Shown piece by piece: positions 1 through 11,862 of a DNA stretch of 64,000 nt. A program made the position numbers and the translations under genes. How positions within the stretch are numbered: the first letter of the stretch is position 1; each line of letters begins with the position of its first letter. The notes under the pieces are model-generated. The model searched no databases. It saw only the letters and a program-made list of their open reading frames with translations, and had not been told where the DNA came from. The stretch lies in contig OZ024740.1 in NCBI GenBank assembly GCA_964016885.1, forward strand, positions 353,958,001 through 354,022,000, in the 5' to 3' direction. Origin of the DNA: Eledone cirrhosa. Taxonomy: Eukaryota.

Positions 1-1065
1 GCTTTTGGTATAACGATCGAACAAGGTAGCCATTTCGTCAACAGGTTTTCTGTTCTCAACCGTCTACCGGGTTCCAACGAAGTAGCAGTGAAGTAACTAC
101 CCTACGTGGTTACTCTGCAAGGAAGGTAACCCCGGTTTTTGGCGGGTGCATTCAAAATGTGTAAAGGAATTGCAAAAAATTGCAAAAACTGCACAAATCG
201 AAGTAAGCTCTCGACCGGGTTGTTTTTAAATAAACTTGAGCAATTAATCAGTTAATAGAATTGTCTAATTGAATTAACTAATTAATTGCTATAATTGCTA
301 GGCCCGGGAGATTAATACAAATATAATTTCAGCGAGATCGTATTTCGGCGGTGCCAAAAACAAAACGAAATGCAATCTTCGAGATATGCCGGCAAACAAT
401 CAATGGTCTAAAAAAAAACTAGAACAATTATATATATATAAAAACAAAATTATCTGTCACTAATATACTTGGACATCTCAACGAAAAAATGGGCATCAAA
501 TCAGAGAAGCATTTAAACATAGTTTATCGAATGCCAAAACATCCATTCTGTTTGATATTTGCTGCACCTTGAGTATTGAGTTAAAATAGACGAGTATAAT
601 TGGATGCTATTTCTAGCGTCAATACGAATCCGTCATATTTTCCTGATACAATCCATAGTCATTTTGTGTTCGAACGAGGGACGTATTATTGACACCACGC
701 TGTTTCAAGAAGGACGAGATCCGTATACTATCTATTGAATATTTTCATACTTCCAAATAATCCCCCTGATAAAGGAATTGTCTTAAGTTGGGAAGAAAAT
801 TAATATTGTTTCCTAATTTCAGTAACTGCAGATAGGGAGACGATATAGCAAAAATATGTAAAACATTCCAAAACTTCTGCATCTAAAAACTGCATATGCG
901 CATGCACACATATAACTCAAAACATACACATCCAGACATACAATAACATCCATACATATCTACCTAGTTGATATTGTGTAAATTCCAATGAAAGAGTTTT
1001 GTATCTACGTTAGAAACCAACTGTCTCTATTGGTAAACATTTGTAGAATTATAAAACCAGAAGAA

Positions 1066-1218
1066 CATACATACATACATACACACATACATACATACAT
1101 ACATACATACATACATACATACATACATACATACATACATACATACATACATACATACATACATACATACATACATACATACATACATACATACATACAT
1201 ACATACATACATACATAC
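1066..1218. repeat. (CATA)n microsatellite
   Basis: Long ACAT tandem run; source of the spurious YIHT/MYVC ORFs. Confidence 0.95.
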
Positions 1219-2061
1219 GTACGTACTTATGTATATCAGATAAACGAAGTAATGAAGATTAACGATTAATTTCTGTTTCATAACCTTCGAAATTTAGTAA
1301 AGACAGGTCAAAGTAATGTAATACCTTACATTTATATATCAAAATGTCTCCATGTTGAATATTTCCTTCAGACTTGGTGTTGTCGGATCGCATCATTGTA
1401 TTTACGCTTCGTTTAAGATTTAAAGACAGCGAGTTTATTTCTCTCATTTTTATTTCATATGTTATTTGTGTGTTTGCTGTTAGACTCGTATACTTATTTA
1501 TCTCGTATATTTTTTCGATATATTGAAAATATGAAGGCATATTTATGTTTACCAATCAAACATATTTATCTTACGGAAATATATTAAAACGCTGTTATTT
1601 ATAGTGTTTTACGTTTCACGATCAATGTTATCTACTAAGCGTTGAGGAAACATACTCAGTACTAGGGAAAATAAATAGACATTGTTGTGAAACCTTATTA
1701 TTTCTCTCATTCAACATAGTGAGTTATCAAAATAATTGGTGCCCCTCCTTTTCTATTTAATGTATTTGCATGATTGGTAGCGAACTTCTTTGTATGTCCT
1801 TACTTAAATTAGGAAATCTATTTTTTACTACTGGGCAAAATAAATGTTTCATATTTTTAATATGTAAAATGTTGCTCTTTAACAATTAACTTGGGGATTG
1901 TATGCGGCTCAAAGATAATTGATATCGCGTATGCTCATATAACTATGCATTATATTTAAAAGGAAATTACTTGAAAAATGAAATTTATTAAAATGCTTTC
2001 CCACACATATTATTTAATAACATAATTCGTTTCAATATGGAGTTGCTTTAACATTTAGTAG

Positions 2062-2202
2062 TACAATGGCACAAAGCCTCAAATTAGGGGGAGGAATTAT
2101 ATCAACTCTAGTAATTATATGGTTCGATATTTTATCGACTAGAGACGGATGAAAATGCAATTGATTTCAGTCGAGATTTGGACACTGAAGGTAATGAAAT
2201 GG
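2062..2202 (-). mobile_element. Degenerate tRNA-derived SINE (family A), abutting (CA)n/(TA)n
   Basis: ggcacaaagcc...tttatcgac...ggatgaaa...gagatttg resembles the reverse complement of the family A consensus at 44807-44991. Confidence 0.5.
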
Positions 2203-2331
<129 letters not shown>

Positions 2332-2633
2332 GGTGTAAATCGAAGTTTTAGCTGTTGTGCAGCAAGTACTATTCGATTTGTTTGAGGCAATGATAAAGTA
2401 CTCAATGGATCGAAAGTTTAAAATATTAGGTTGAGTAAAACACAACAGTTATAAAGTGTGACACTAAGAAAACCAACCGAAGGCACCGGCTATACACATA
2501 GCAAAACTATGATAGACACAGAAAGGTTAACATGCCATCTCTGATTGATTATAATCGATAAAATCTCAGATAAGTTTCTGAGGCCCTTGGAAGTTATATA
2601 ACAAGTTCTATAATGCACAATCAATCGATCAAT

Positions 2634-2712
<79 letters not shown>

Positions 2713-2832
2713 CTGAGTTTTTCGAATATTAATAATAATATTCGATTCGTTTACAATTATGCAAACAGCCTCTTTTATGTCATGTCAGTAGAATGGGCCC
2801 CTCATTCCTGCTCTTGTGTTGGCATGTAAACA

Positions 2833-2882
2833 GAACTGCAGACACTAATGTTTCTGGGTATTACCCTTCATCAGAACAGTTC
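2833..2882 (-). ncRNA. Type I hammerhead ribozyme
   Basis: Minus strand reads GAACUGUU-CUGAUGA-A GGGU AAU ACCC A-GAAA-CA UUAG UG-UC^-UGCAGUUC. Helices I, II and III all pair; GUC cleavage triplet. Confidence 0.8.
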
Positions 2883-2944
2883 ACTGTTCACCTGCCAACA
2901 GTCAGAGCTAGTGAAAATATATGGTATTTTCTAAAATATACAGT

Positions 2945-3043
2945 GACTGATTGGCTTGATTTGCATATCAGCAGACTGGCTGATCAGTCAGATCTGCATA
3001 TTAGCAGACCCACCGATCAGCCAGATTTGCATTTCAGCAGACC
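2945..3043 (-). promoter_or_regulatory. Three 33-bp tandem repeats each carrying an octamer(-like) motif
   Basis: ATTTGCAT 2959-2966, ATCTGCAT 2992-2999, ATTTGCAT 3025-3032 (ATGCAAAT on minus), upstream of the hammerhead. Confidence 0.6.
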
Positions 3044-3319
3044 GTAAGGAAAACTGGAGTCTTTTAAGAATATATATTTACTTTAACGGTTTCAGGGTTC
3101 TTATGATTATCAAAAGTAAAATTGAGATGGAGTTCGAAAATTTTTTCTACAAAAAAAAAAAGTGGTTCGGATTGCTATTTGTTTAAAATGCAATTTTGTT
3201 ATTTGATAGCAGTCACGTGATTAGGTAAAGTAATTTTGCGCCAGAAAAAGTGGCTTAAATTGCTATTAGCGATTTTATTGGTTTGTGACAGTAATTTTTG
3301 CGCCAAAGATGGGTGGTCA

Positions 3320-3508
3320 GAAAAAGAAAGAAGAAAAGAAAAAATTGAGTGTTATGGTTCAGTGGGTATAGCTAATGACAAAGTCAAATTTTAAGGTGTA
3401 TGGCTTAAACAAATACCAAATTAAGCCAGACACCTTAAAATTTGACTTTGTCATTAATCATATTCACTGAACTATAACACTCCAATTTTTCTTTCCTTCT
3501 TATTTTTC
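3320..3508. repeat. Imperfect inverted repeat / hairpin (~88-bp arms, 12-nt loop)
   Basis: ...aatgacaaagtcaaattttaaggtgtatggcttaa / ttaagccagacaccttaaaatttgactttgtcatt... Confidence 0.9.
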
Positions 3509-3740
3509 GAAGTTTCTGTTGTTGGATTTCAAATATTAAGTAGTGAAAAGTTGTATTCCAGTGACGAAAGAAGCTTCTTGGAGTGATCTTCATTAGCTAA
3601 GAAGAGATTTGGTATCTGGTACTGACTGATATATTAATATAAGCATGAGTGTGCATTGAGTGGATGTGTTCTACGTTGTTCATTGGTCTGAAAAATTATA
3701 AACACTAATGAAGTAATTACATGGCATTTGATTATTATTA

Positions 3741-3880
3741 TTCAAATCCCGCCGAGGTTGACTTTGCCTTTCATCCTTACGGGGTCGATAAAATAAAGTA
3801 CCAGTAATGCACTGGGTAATTGCTGGCCTTGTGCCTAAAGTAGAAACAATTATTATTTTTATCATTATTATTATTGTTAT
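3741..3880 (+). mobile_element. tRNA-derived SINE family A, 5'-truncated, (TTA)n tail
   Basis: ttcaaatcccgccgagg (B-box remnant) + tttgcctttcatccttacggggtcgataaaataaagtaccag core + gtagaaacaattattatt; many copies in window. Confidence 0.85.
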
Positions 3881-3890
3881 TATGTTAAAT

Positions 3891-4120
3891 TAGCCACTAA
3901 AATTAGAAGCCCAGTTGGTTAGAATTTGAGATACTGTTGAAAAAGGTTATCGGTAGTCACCATTTTGAAATTCCAAGATGGCCGTCACAGACACCTTGAA
4001 AAAAATGGCAACATTGGTGTTTGGATTCAGTATGTCCTAAAGTTTTCCAAAATGTATAGTTTTGCTAATCTCCAAGAAATCTGAACGAAAGTACCAATCG
4101 TTACATTATGAACTTGGCTA
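3891..4120. mobile_element. Possible non-autonomous DNA transposon
   Basis: Short inverted ends TAGCCA...TGGCTA; no TSD seen. Confidence 0.25.
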
Positions 4121-4496
4121 TAAGGATGAGCATTATAGTACGTTAATATACAACGTTTGGTTGACAGAATTCGTAAGAATTTAAAAGAATCGAATAATTC
4201 AGAAGATTGCCCTGCAATTTGAAGTGAGCTATGTGTGTGTGTCTGTGTTTTTCTGTGAATAGGTGCGTGGCTCTTAGTGTATGTGTCGTGTTTGTGTGTG
4301 TGTGTATGTGTTTTAGTGTCTTTATTCTTAGTGCCGTGTGAGTGTGTGTAGGTTGTTTCTGTGTGTATGTATTAAGAGTGCGTGTGTGTGATTGAGTGCG
4401 TTTGCAGTTGTTATCAGTGTGCGTAGAGAAGGGGTGTGTGTGAGTTTGTATGTGTATTTATGTGTATGTATGTAAGCTTGAGTGGCTAGCTGGATT

Positions 4497-4635
<139 letters not shown>

Positions 4636-4904
4636 CATATGAGAGATCCAAAAACTGTATTCCGTGAGTATGTGAGTTGGAATGGTGTATATTTTATTCG
4701 TGCAGCTGCTGCTGCTGATGCTGCTGATGATGATGATGATAATGTGTGTGTGTATGTGTGTGTGTGTGTGCGTGTGTACATCTATGAGACTTATCAGTAC
4801 GTTCGTTATATTACGTTTCCATTAAAGAATATTTATCAATACATTAGGACAAATTAAAATGTATTTAAATGCACATATGTATATATATATATATATAATA
4901 TATT

Positions 4905-4962
<58 letters not shown>

Positions 4963-5250
4963 TGTGTATAAATATATATATATATATATATAGATACTAC
5001 AGTTATCTTTTAAATGTTAGTTTACGTAAAATTATACAACCATACAGACAAAAGAAGAAAAACACAAAGCATACTTTCGGACAATTGATCAGTCAGTGAA
5101 TCATTTCTACAAGTAATTGGGTTGGTTTTTAGAATTTTTTTAAAAACATTTATGACAGTCAAATCACTAAAAGCAAATTCGACATGTTTTTATTGAAAAG
5201 CAAATGACTTTGTCTTCTCTTTTGTATCTATCTCTGTGTTTATTTGTTTC

Positions 5251-5697
<447 letters not shown>

Positions 5698-6340
5698 ATG
5701 CATTATACTATACATACATAAAACCATATATACGCACATACATATATAGACTACATGCATACATACGAACATACATATACATACCTAGGAGTAAAGGTGG
5801 GTAGAGGAATGCAATAAAACCACAAAAGAAGGAAAAGACGAAGTCAAAAGATAAGAGAGGATTTAAAAGTAGATATAGATTTGTGATAAAATTTAAATTA
5901 ACTTATTATCTCATATCATTTATTTATCCCTTTATTTTGTCACTTTTCATATTTTTCAGAATAATTTTTTGTTTGTTTGTTTATCTTTTTTTATTTTCGT
6001 TATTATTTTATATGTATATATTTTGTTTATTTCTTTTTTTTTATTTATTTATTTATTTATTTATCATTTATTTATTTATTTATTTATTTATTTATTCATT
6101 GCTATTTTTATATGAAGTGGTGGGAGAGGTCTCAATCAGATTTCTGTCATGAACCGAATGTTTTAACATTTAACTAGCCGACATTAATATTTGATGTCGG
6201 CATGATGAATACCTAATTTATTTTTATTTTTAATATTATTTCGACATGTTTCATATTTCTAAAATATTCACAGTTACATTAATTAACCAATTATATCACT
6301 GATGACTATTTCATTATATTTATCAATACAATTTTTCTTT

Positions 6341-6346
6341 TTATTA

Positions 6347-6437
<91 letters not shown>
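6341..6437. repeat. (TTA)n microsatellite
   Basis: Direct inspection. Confidence 0.95.
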
Positions 6438-6439
<2 letters not shown>

Positions 6440-6681
6440 GAAGAGTGGTTTAAAAAGTAATCGAACAACTCTAAATGCGACTGATGTTTCAGATGATATA
6501 AATAATAGCTAGTCATTAAACTGAATATGCAATCGATATTTTAAGAAGAAAATTCCGGAATCCACTTCTAGAGACACATAAGGATGCTTCGAATTTGGAC
6601 AACAATACGAAAGTTGCAGAAATACACAAACACATATATACAAACATACACGCCTGCATATATGTACATATATTATATAAA

Positions 6682-6844
<163 letters not shown>

Positions 6845-7031
6845 ATATATGTATCTATATGTGTGCGTGTGTATGTGTTTGTGTGTGTGTACAAAATGTA
6901 GGTAGAAAATGAAGAGAAAGAAAGAAGAAAAAATAGTAAATTTAAACGTAGTAAACGTAAAATGAGGAAAAGAGAATACGTATGAAAGATATTAATTTGG
7001 AAGAAAATATGATTTAGAAACAGAAAGGAAT

Positions 7032-7325
7032 GGACCCCAGTCGGTTTCGATGATGAGTATTCCAGTTCTTTAATCAACGGAACAATCTGTTCATGAAATT
7101 AACACATTAATCTAAGCATTCCACAAGAAGGTGTACTCATAAATCAATTCTCAAGGAGATTCAGCATGCCGATGTGTGACATGGCCGGTCCTTTGAATTA
7201 AATGTACAGTCGAACCCAGAGGCTTCCGAACAGATTCCAATTACCTAATTTCATTTACACAGCATGTGTCAACACAGGGCTAAAGTAACTAACACATGTC
7301 CAAGATCCTACACTGGAGACCATAG
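7032..7325 (-). mobile_element. tRNA-derived SINE family B (CORE-SINE-like), degenerate
   Basis: Reverse complement matches the split copy at 22430-22556/23041-23258 (ctgaatctcc, aatttcatga, gttccgttgat blocks). Confidence 0.65.
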
Positions 7326-7349
7326 ATATAAAAAGAAAAGGATAAGATG

Positions 7350-7540
7350 ACATTTACTTTCAGTACACAGCCAGTAATTAATTGGGTAGGTGGATGGTGA
7401 TTAAATCGATCACAGTACTGGACGCCGGAATGATGAAAGTTAAACTCGGTAGCACTTGAACTTAGACCGTAAAGCGCCGGAGCAAATATTGTAAAGGTAT
7501 TTATCTGATTTCCTAGCAAGTCTGCCAATTCAACACCCTT
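7350..7540 (-). mobile_element. SINE family A, degenerate
   Basis: cttgaactt (B-box revcomp), ctgccaattc head remnant. Confidence 0.5.
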
Positions 7541-7633
7541 CAAACGAAAGAAAATTTAGAAGATATAGAGAGGAATGACAGAAATAACTTAAGATAGAAA
7601 TGAAAGCAATAAAATTATGGAAAGAAAACGAAC

Positions 7634-7843
7634 AATGGTTTCTAATTTAGGCACAAAACCAACAGTTTTGAGGGAAGGGGAAAGTCGATTATATCGAACT
7701 CAGTAATTTACTGGTATTTTATTTTATCGATTCTGGAAGGTTGAAATGCAAAGTTGACCATCACGAGATTTGAAGCTGAGACATAGGAGCCGTAACGAAA
7801 TACCGTAATACATTTCATCTGATGCACTAACGATACTGCCAAT
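7634..7843 (-). mobile_element. SINE family A, near full length
   Basis: gtttcta..ggcacaa..tttactggta..ttttatcga..gcaaagttgacc..gatttgaa..cgatactgccaa. Confidence 0.75.
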
Positions 7844-8749
7844 ACAAGAAAAAAGAATAACACAAAAAGGGGAAATTCTAACAGAATATAGACGAGAGAG
7901 AGAGGGGGAGATAGAAAGAAAAGAAGATAAGGAGGAAAGAAAAAGGAAAGAGAACCGTAAAGAAAAGCGCTGGGAGACAAAAGTGACGAAAAGAACTGAG
8001 AAAGAAAAGTAAAAAGAAAAGTTAAAAAAATACGGCAGGAAAAAGAAGGGGGTGTCAGGGAGAGTGAGAGTAAGAGAGGGGAAAGGGGAGAGGAAGAAAG
8101 TTAAATGACTGGAAAAGAAGAAAAGTAGCTTGAATATGTAAAAAATCTGTAGAAAAAACTGAGAGACAAAGATTGAAAATGATACAAGAAAAAAAATTAA
8201 GGTGTTTGAGAGAGTGAGAGTGGGGAAGAGATATTAAGAATGAAGCAAACAAAGATTGATAGAGATAGAGTGTGGGGAGGTAAGAGAGAGAAAGAAACGA
8301 ATAAATAATATAAAATAAAATGTAGTTTAGCCCTTGGTCAGATTCTTCAGCCTTGACCTTTCAGTTATTTAGACAAACATATTGTATCTATGACTAATTT
8401 ACACAATATGTTTGGAAAACGTTTGTCGAACGACGACACAGAAACCATAATATTGGTATGATAGCTATAAACGTCCAACATTTTATGTGTGTTGAAGTGA
8501 AAATTGGGATATTAATGTATAATGAGGTGTGTGAAGTAGCTACAAGTAAGGATCAAAACTGGTACCGAAACTCGAATCACCGAAAGCTGTCTTTTTAGTC
8601 AATGTCATTAACTTTAACCATGATCCGCCAAGGTGGTATGGGAGCGTTTTGATACAGCCTGGTGGAGCGCATTCCTCTTCGACACATGTCATTAACTACA
8701 AGTAAATATATTACTGTTCATTCTTAACCACAAAAGGATAATGTTGAAC

Positions 8750-9030
8750 CTAGCTGGATTTATACTGTCTCCTTTTTGGCTGTAAAATCTGTCCAGCGAT
8801 ACTGCCCAGCGACATTTTAACCACATGTCCATAATATCGGACCCGTGATCTCTTAATTCGGAGAAATAACGGTTCTGTTTGAGTGATTCTCTGATCTCCG
8901 AGCTACGCATTCCATCGAATAACGTTACTCCAAAGACCCTTTGGAAGAAACCCATTTCGGTCGCATGTATACGCGATCGTTTCTTTCATTACCAAAGATT
9001 TATGATCATATGTAAGAATTTGCTGAAATA
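8750..9030 (-). mobile_element. RTE-clade LINE 3' fragment
   Basis: MGFFQRVFGVTLFDGMRSSEIRESL and RYYGHV-like motif; homologous to 34555-34955. Confidence 0.7.
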
Positions 9031-9139
9031 CCGATTTGATTATAGCAAGTTTGGCGTTTACATCTACCTCCATTTTTTGTCTGATGTCCGAATACTAATG
9101 CTGGCGTTTTACAGCGTCAGTTCCTGGAATTAATCGGCC

Positions 9140-9333
9140 GGGGTACAAACACACCGAGCATTATAATAAATGTTCGGTGAATCCATACGTACATATATAT
9201 ATGTGTGCATGTATGTATATATATATACATACTACTGTACGTCTGTATACATATATGTATGTACGTATGCATACTTATATTTAAGTAACAGCCGTACTAA
9301 GAGTGAGCAATGAAATTTCGTTTCATTTTTTCT

Positions 9334-9335
<2 letters not shown>
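9140..9335 (+). mobile_element. Partial copy of the 456-bp retrozyme-like family (31.5-32.6 kb)
   Basis: Shares cattataataaatgttcg, ctactgtacgtctgtatac, ccgtactaagagtgag..aatgaaatttcgtttcatt. Confidence 0.8.
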
Positions 9336-9375
<40 letters not shown>

Positions 9376-9385
9376 TTATATATAT

Positions 9386-9605
9386 ATATTTATTAAAATA
9401 ACAGATTAAGATTTAAGCAAAGAATCGCTGCTTTCCCCCTTAACGGGATCTTCAGAAGATCCCGTTAAGGGTGAAAGCAGCGATTCTTTGCTTAAACTTT
9501 AATCTGGTATTTTAATAAATATTTTCTCTACGGTTCTTATATATTTGATATATATTTATCCTTATCGAGCCCTATTTGGATTTTAGTCTTTTAATTTATT
9601 ATTAT

Positions 9606-9610
<5 letters not shown>
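9386..9610. repeat. Fold-back hairpin (68-bp arms, 1-nt loop) in a dispersed repeat with a hammerhead-like core
   Basis: Arms 9386-9453/9455-9522; minus strand reads CUGAAGA U CCC GUUAA GGG G GAAA; other pieces of the family at 11160-11270, 11755-11813 and 34027-34111. Confidence 0.8.
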
Positions 9611-9642
<32 letters not shown>

Positions 9643-9839
9643 AGTGGAAGCTTAGTAAAATCGAAGCTTTGGCTGTGGCCAAGCAAAGTCGACCTACAAT
9701 AAGGAATGAGTAGCAAAGCACTCCTTAGAGTAATAACATTACGTTTAAATAGCTTGACAAATTGAAAATTGCGGTAGGCAAAACCCAACCATACAATACC
9801 AAAACAACGAAAGAACTAATGAGATTAAAACAGACCTGG

Positions 9840-9881
<42 letters not shown>

Positions 9882-9934
9882 CGTTTCTGAATTTGTTTAG
9901 CAAGATTCTTTATCTGAAAATGTGTGTTGAAACC

Positions 9935-10618
9935 GATATTGTTATACTTTGGGAGGGTCATGTTGCCAATAAGAAACACACGCACCAGTTGCTTTCACTT
10001 CAATTTATTATAATAAATTTATAAATTTCCGGTTGGTTGGTTGGTTCCACAACCAGATGGTTGTTTATATATTGTCAAAGTTCTTTCATCACACATTCTG
10101 TGACCTCTTCAGTGACTGGGGATTCTTTTCTTTGTTTTTGTGCCTCTCCTTTGTTCTGCGCTACGCCATCTTGTTTCTCTGTGTGTGTTGTGTGCTCAGT
10201 CTGCGCATGCGCCACATCCGGGTGTCTGTGTGTGTTTATATTCGTTTATTTATTTGTTTATTTACACGTTACTGGTTGGTTGTTTGTTCTATGTGCGTGT
10301 GTGTTTTCATTTTGTCCTTAATTGTAAGTTGTGATGTTGCTGTTCCACTCATGTTTTCTATTTAATTTTGGTTGTAATTCTTTTATGTTTATTGCCTCTG
10401 TGATTTGTCTAAACATTGCGTCTTTTCTGTGTGTAGATTCTATTTTTATTTCTATGTTCTTTAATTTACCCTTATGTTCTATTTCAGCATGTTGGTAGAG
10501 TACAGATGATTCTTTACTATCTTGAAGGTCTCGCCAGTGTTCATTTATTCGCGCCTCTACACTACGAGCTGTCTCACCTATGTACACTATATTTTTATCT
10601 CCCAAAGTATAACAATAT
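9935..10618 (-). mobile_element. 5'-truncated Penelope-like element (GIY-YIG C-terminus + pseudo-LTR)
   Basis: ORF 10318-10605 VYIGETARS...EH...H...RQITEAINI..LNRKHEWN; closely similar to 27002-27670. Confidence 0.85.
10074..10116 (-). ncRNA. Minimal type I hammerhead ribozyme in PLE pseudo-LTR
   Basis: GUCA-CUGAAGA-G GUCACA gaaug UGUGAU-GAAA-G AA C-UU^-UGAC. Confidence 0.7.
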
Positions 10619-10663
10619 ATATATATATATATTTGTCCAGGTCTGTTTTAAACCTCATTAGTT

Positions 10664-10730
<67 letters not shown>

Positions 10731-10732
<2 letters not shown>

Positions 10733-11141
10733 ATGTATATATAATGTATTTTGCAATACACTTTATGCTTAATTAAAAGCATTTTGAAGACCGTAAGCTA
10801 TTGTTTTAAAGTAGTGACAAATTCACTTACTTTGATCTCAGCAAACAGGGGAGATAAGCCGACAAGTCTTGTTTCGCTTTGGTTGAAGCTTATCAAGGCT
10901 AACTACCCCTCCTGTCTACCGAGATCACTGATGTTATATTCTTATAGAAATCTAGTAAGTAATCAGGAGCTGATTATGCAGAGCGGTTGTTGGTCAGGCA
11001 GAAATTAAAAATTAGAATTGGAGCTCTGAAATAGCAATATATATATGGATCTATATATAATGTATTTTGCAATACACTTTATGCTTAATTAAAAGCATTT
11101 TGAAGACCGTAAGCTATTGTTTTAAAGTAGTGACAAATTCA
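10731..11141 (-). mobile_element. 316-bp retrozyme-like unit with 95-bp terminal direct repeat
   Basis: 10731-10825 repeated at 11047-11141; non-coding; central hammerhead; bounded by (TA)n. Confidence 0.7.
10857..10900 (-). ncRNA. Type I hammerhead ribozyme, U3-A8 core variant
   Basis: AGCC-UUGAUAA-GCUU caacca AAGC-GAAA-CAAG a CUUG-UC^-GGCU; helix I extends through 10834-10926 (gatctc/gagatc). Confidence 0.75.
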
Positions 11142-11268
11142 TGCAATACATATATATATATAGTAATAATAATAAATTTGAAGACTAAAATCCAAAGAGG
11201 GCTAGATAAGGATAAATATATATCAAATATATAAGAACCGTAGAGCAAATATTTATTAAAATAACAGA

Positions 11269-11361
11269 TTTGCCTTTCATCCTTATGGGGTCGATAAAAT
11301 AAAGTACCAGTAATGCACTGGGATAATTGCTGGCCTTGTGCCAAAAGTAGAAACAATTATT
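11269..11361 (+). mobile_element. SINE family A 3' half
   Basis: tttgcctttcatcctta.ggggtcgataaaataaagtaccag...gtagaaacaattatt. Confidence 0.85.
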
Positions 11362-11580
11362 TGGAGCGGTAAAAAACAATTACACGCAAAGACAAAACCA
11401 CGTTTATGGTATAAAAGAAGTCGTAGACTAATATTCTATTAGGTGGTTCATGGAGACGTTCTCTGGCAATGAACGGAAAAAACGAAGAAAATACGTCATT
11501 ATGTGGAGCGGGGAGAACAATTGCACGCAAAGACAAAACCACGTAAATGGTATAACTGAAATCGTAGACTAAAATTCTAA
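11362..11580. repeat. Diverged direct repeat (~77 bp, period ~142 bp)
   Basis: tggagcgg...aacaatt.cacgcaaagacaaaaccacgt..atggtataa...tcgtagacta..attcta occurs twice. Confidence 0.85.
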
Positions 11581-11642
11581 CTAGGAAACCGAATGATTCT
11601 CGGCTTCAGAGTTAAGAATAAAGTAAATATATATATATATAA

Positions 11643-11751
<109 letters not shown>

Positions 11752-11809
11752 GTATATATATTTATTAAAATAACAGATTAAAGTTTAAGCAAAGAATCGC
11801 TGCTTTCAC

Positions 11810-11862
<53 letters not shown>

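Noticed and set aside
1259-1555. 98-aa non-repetitive ORF
   Set aside because: No recognisable motif or convincing splice context
2945-3043. 33-bp periodic repeats as a CRISPR array
   Set aside because: Tandem units without unique spacers; eukaryotic context; no cas genes
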